A stretch of DNA of 64,000 bases, from contig OZ024740.1 in assembly GCA_964016885.1 (NCBI GenBank), forward strand, positions 137,764,001 through 137,828,000. Direction: 5' to 3'. Of the stretch, positions 62,201-64,000 are shown piece after piece. The position numbers and the translations under genes were made by a program. This DNA is from Eledone cirrhosa (taxonomy: Eukaryota). The notes beneath the pieces are model-generated. The model was not told the origin of the DNA. It saw only the letters and a program-made list of their open reading frames with translations, and made no database searches. The first letter of the stretch is position 1, and each line of letters opens with the position of its first letter.

Positions 62201-64000
62201 TTCTCTCTTTCTCATATCACTTTTCTCTCAATCTCCAATTCTCTCTTTCTCAAATCACTTTTTCTCTCAATCTCCTATTCTCTCTTTCTCTTATCACTTT
62301 TCTCTCAATCTCCAATTCCCTCTTTCTCTTATCACTTTTCTCTCAATCTCTAATTATCTCTTTCTCTTATCACTTTTCTCTCAATCTCTAATTCTCTCTT
62401 TCTCTTATCACTTTTCTCTCAATCTCCAATTCAATCTTACTCTTATCACTTTTCCCCCCAATCTCCAATTCTCTCTTTCTCTTATCACTTTTCTCTCACT
62501 CTCCAATTCTCTCTTTCTCTTATGACTTTTCCCCCAATCTCCAATTCTCTCTTTCTCTTATCCCTTTTCTCTCAATCTCCAATTCTCTCTTTCTTTTCTC
62601 ACTTTTCCCCCAATCTCCAATTCTCTCTTTCTCTTATCACTTTTCCCCCAATCTCCAATTCTCTCTTTCTCTTATCCCTTTTCTCTCAATCTCCAATTCT
62701 CTCTTTCTCTTCTCACTTTTCCCCCAATCTCCAATTCTCTATTTCTCTACACACAAATCCCCTAATCTCCAATTCTCTCTTTCACTTATCAATTTTCTCT
62801 CAATCTCCAATTCTCTCTTTCTCTTATCACTTTTCTCTCAATCTCCAATTCTCTCAATCTCTTATCACTTTTCTCTCAATCTCCAATTCCCTCTTTCTCT
62901 TAGCACTTTTCTCTCAATCTCTAATTCTCTCTTTCTCTTATCACTTTTCTCTCAATCTCCAATTCTCTCTTTCTCTTATCACTTTTCCCCCAATCTCCAA
63001 TTCTCTCTTTCTCTTATCACTTTTCTCTCAATCTACAATTCTCTCTTTCTCTTATCACTTTTCCCCCAATCTCCAATTCTCTCTTTCTCTTATCACTTTT
63101 CTCTCACTCTCCAATTCTCTATTTCTCTTATGACTTTTCCCCCAATCCCCAATTCCCTCTTTCTATTATCAATTTTCTCTCAATCTCCAATTCTTTCTTT
63201 CTCTAATCACTTTTCCCCCAATCTCCAATTCTCTCTCTTTCTCTTATCACTTTTCTCTCAATCTCCAATTCTCTCTTTCTCTTATCACTTTTCCCCCAAT
63301 CTCCAATTCTCTCTTTCTCTTCTCACTTCTCTCTGAATCTCCAATTCTCTCTTTATCTTCTCACTTTTCTCTCAATCTCCAATCTTCTCTTTCTGTTCTA
63401 AGTTTACCCCCAATCTCCAAATCTCTCTTTCTCTCATCCCTTTTGTCTCAATCTCCAATTCACTCTTTCTCTTATCACTTTTCTCTCAATCTCCAATTCT
63501 CTCTTTCTCTTATCACTTTTCCCCCATCTCCAATTCTCTCTTTCTCTTATCACTTTTCTCTCAATCTCCAATTCTCTCTTTCTCTTATCACTTTTCTCTC
63601 AATCTCCAATTCTCTCTTTCTCTTATCACTTTTCTCTCAATCTCCAATTCCCTCTTTCTCTTATCACTTTTCTCTCAATCTCTAATTCTCTCTTTCTCTT
63701 ATCACTTTTCTCTCAATCTCCAATTCTCTCTTTCTCTTATCACTTTTCTCTCAATCTCCAATATTCTCTCTTTCTCTTATCACTTTTCTCTCACTCTCCA
63801 ATTCTCTCTTTCTCTTATCCCTTTTCCCCCAATCTCCAATTCTCTCTTTCTCTTATCAATTTTCTCTCAATCTCCAATTCTTTCTTTCTCTAATCACTTT
63901 TCCCCCAATCTCCAATTCTCTCTTTCTCTTATCACTTTTCTCTCAATCTCCAATTCTCCTTTTCACTTATCATTTTTTCTCAATCTCCAATTCTCTCTTT
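59300..64000. repeat. More diverged monomer domain of the same satellite, with many private substitutions and indels
   Basis: Variants seen only here include CCGCCAAGCTCC (~60363), a C7 run (~60932), TCAATGTTC (~61610), TTCAATCTTACTC (~62430), TAGCAC (~62901), a +CT insertion (~63235) and a +AT insertion (~63762). I saw no kb-scale near-identical duplicate of this segment. Confidence 0.75.

Larger units (their letters stand above)
1..64000. repeat. Tandem satellite array, 38-bp monomer CAATCTCCAATTCTCTCTTTCTCTTATCACTTTTCYCY, ~1,680 copies, single orientation, runs off both window ends
   Basis: CAATCTCCAATT recurs every 38 bp from position 6 to the end (6, 44, ...). Occasional 37- and 39-bp monomers arise from indels at the C-run/AA junction. 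The CTCT-type consensus is 19 T, 13 C, 6 A, 0 G. No non-repeat interruption seen. Confidence 0.99.

Noticed and set aside
146-63685. Around 100 + strand ORFs up to 773 aa encoding S/L/F/P-rich hydrophobic repeats
   Set aside because: The consensus monomer has no TAA, TAG or TGA on the + strand, so all frames stay open by default. Since 38 is not a multiple of 3, the same 38-aa cycle appears in all three frames, and overlapping ORFs encode the same peptide. Frequent 37- and 39-bp monomers shift frame freely. There is no sign of codon-level constraint.
1-64000. CRISPR array (CRISPR-like unit length, with a conserved part and a variable part)
   Set aside because: There are no unique spacers: the variable part is the same sequence with 0-3 substitutions. 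There is no palindromic repeat, leader or cas gene.
1-64000. Telomeric repeat or G-quadruplex array (GGGGG runs on the minus strand, strong strand skew)
   Set aside because: G-runs occur only in CCCC-type monomers and are at least 33 nt apart, too far for a canonical G4. The unit is longer and more heterogeneous than telomerase-templated repeats, and variants propagate in multi-kb blocks, implying recombination. A subtelomeric location cannot be excluded.
1-64000. tRNA, rRNA, structured ncRNA, terminators, inverted repeats or transposon ends
   Set aside because: With almost no G on one strand there is negligible self-complementarity. No inverted segment or non-satellite sequence was seen.
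1-64000. Wholly artificial sequence, e.g. a rolling-circle or sequencing concatemer
   Set aside because: Variants are shared in a hierarchical, block-wise way with diagnostic SNPs between copies. That pattern indicates descent by duplication rather than random error on one template. Individual near-perfect duplications could still be misassembled.

Overview
The whole 64 kb window is one uninterrupted head-to-tail tandem array (satellite DNA) of a 38-bp monomer, consensus CAATCTCCAATTCTCTCTTTCTCTTATCACTTTTC(T/C)C(T/C). It holds about 1,680 copies (64000/38), all in one orientation. I found no unique sequence, transposon, inversion, RNA gene or credible protein-coding gene. The ORF-track entries are artefacts of a G-free monomer with no + strand stop codon. 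The informative structure lies in the variant monomers. They show (i) two co-dominant monomer types (ending CTCT or CCCC); (ii) an older, degenerate ~21-22-monomer (~800 bp) higher-order repeat; (iii) recent near-identical multi-kb duplications of many different periods (6416, 2962, 2505/2240, 3947, 1784, 1669 bp etc.), some of which can be ordered in time; and (iv) a layered arrangement in which the two flanks share markers the centre lacks, and the last ~4 kb are more diverged and keep intermediate variant states. I cannot assign the organism or a named satellite family, and I do not see evidence for a novel gene-encoded system. Breakpoints were read by eye and are accurate to about one monomer.
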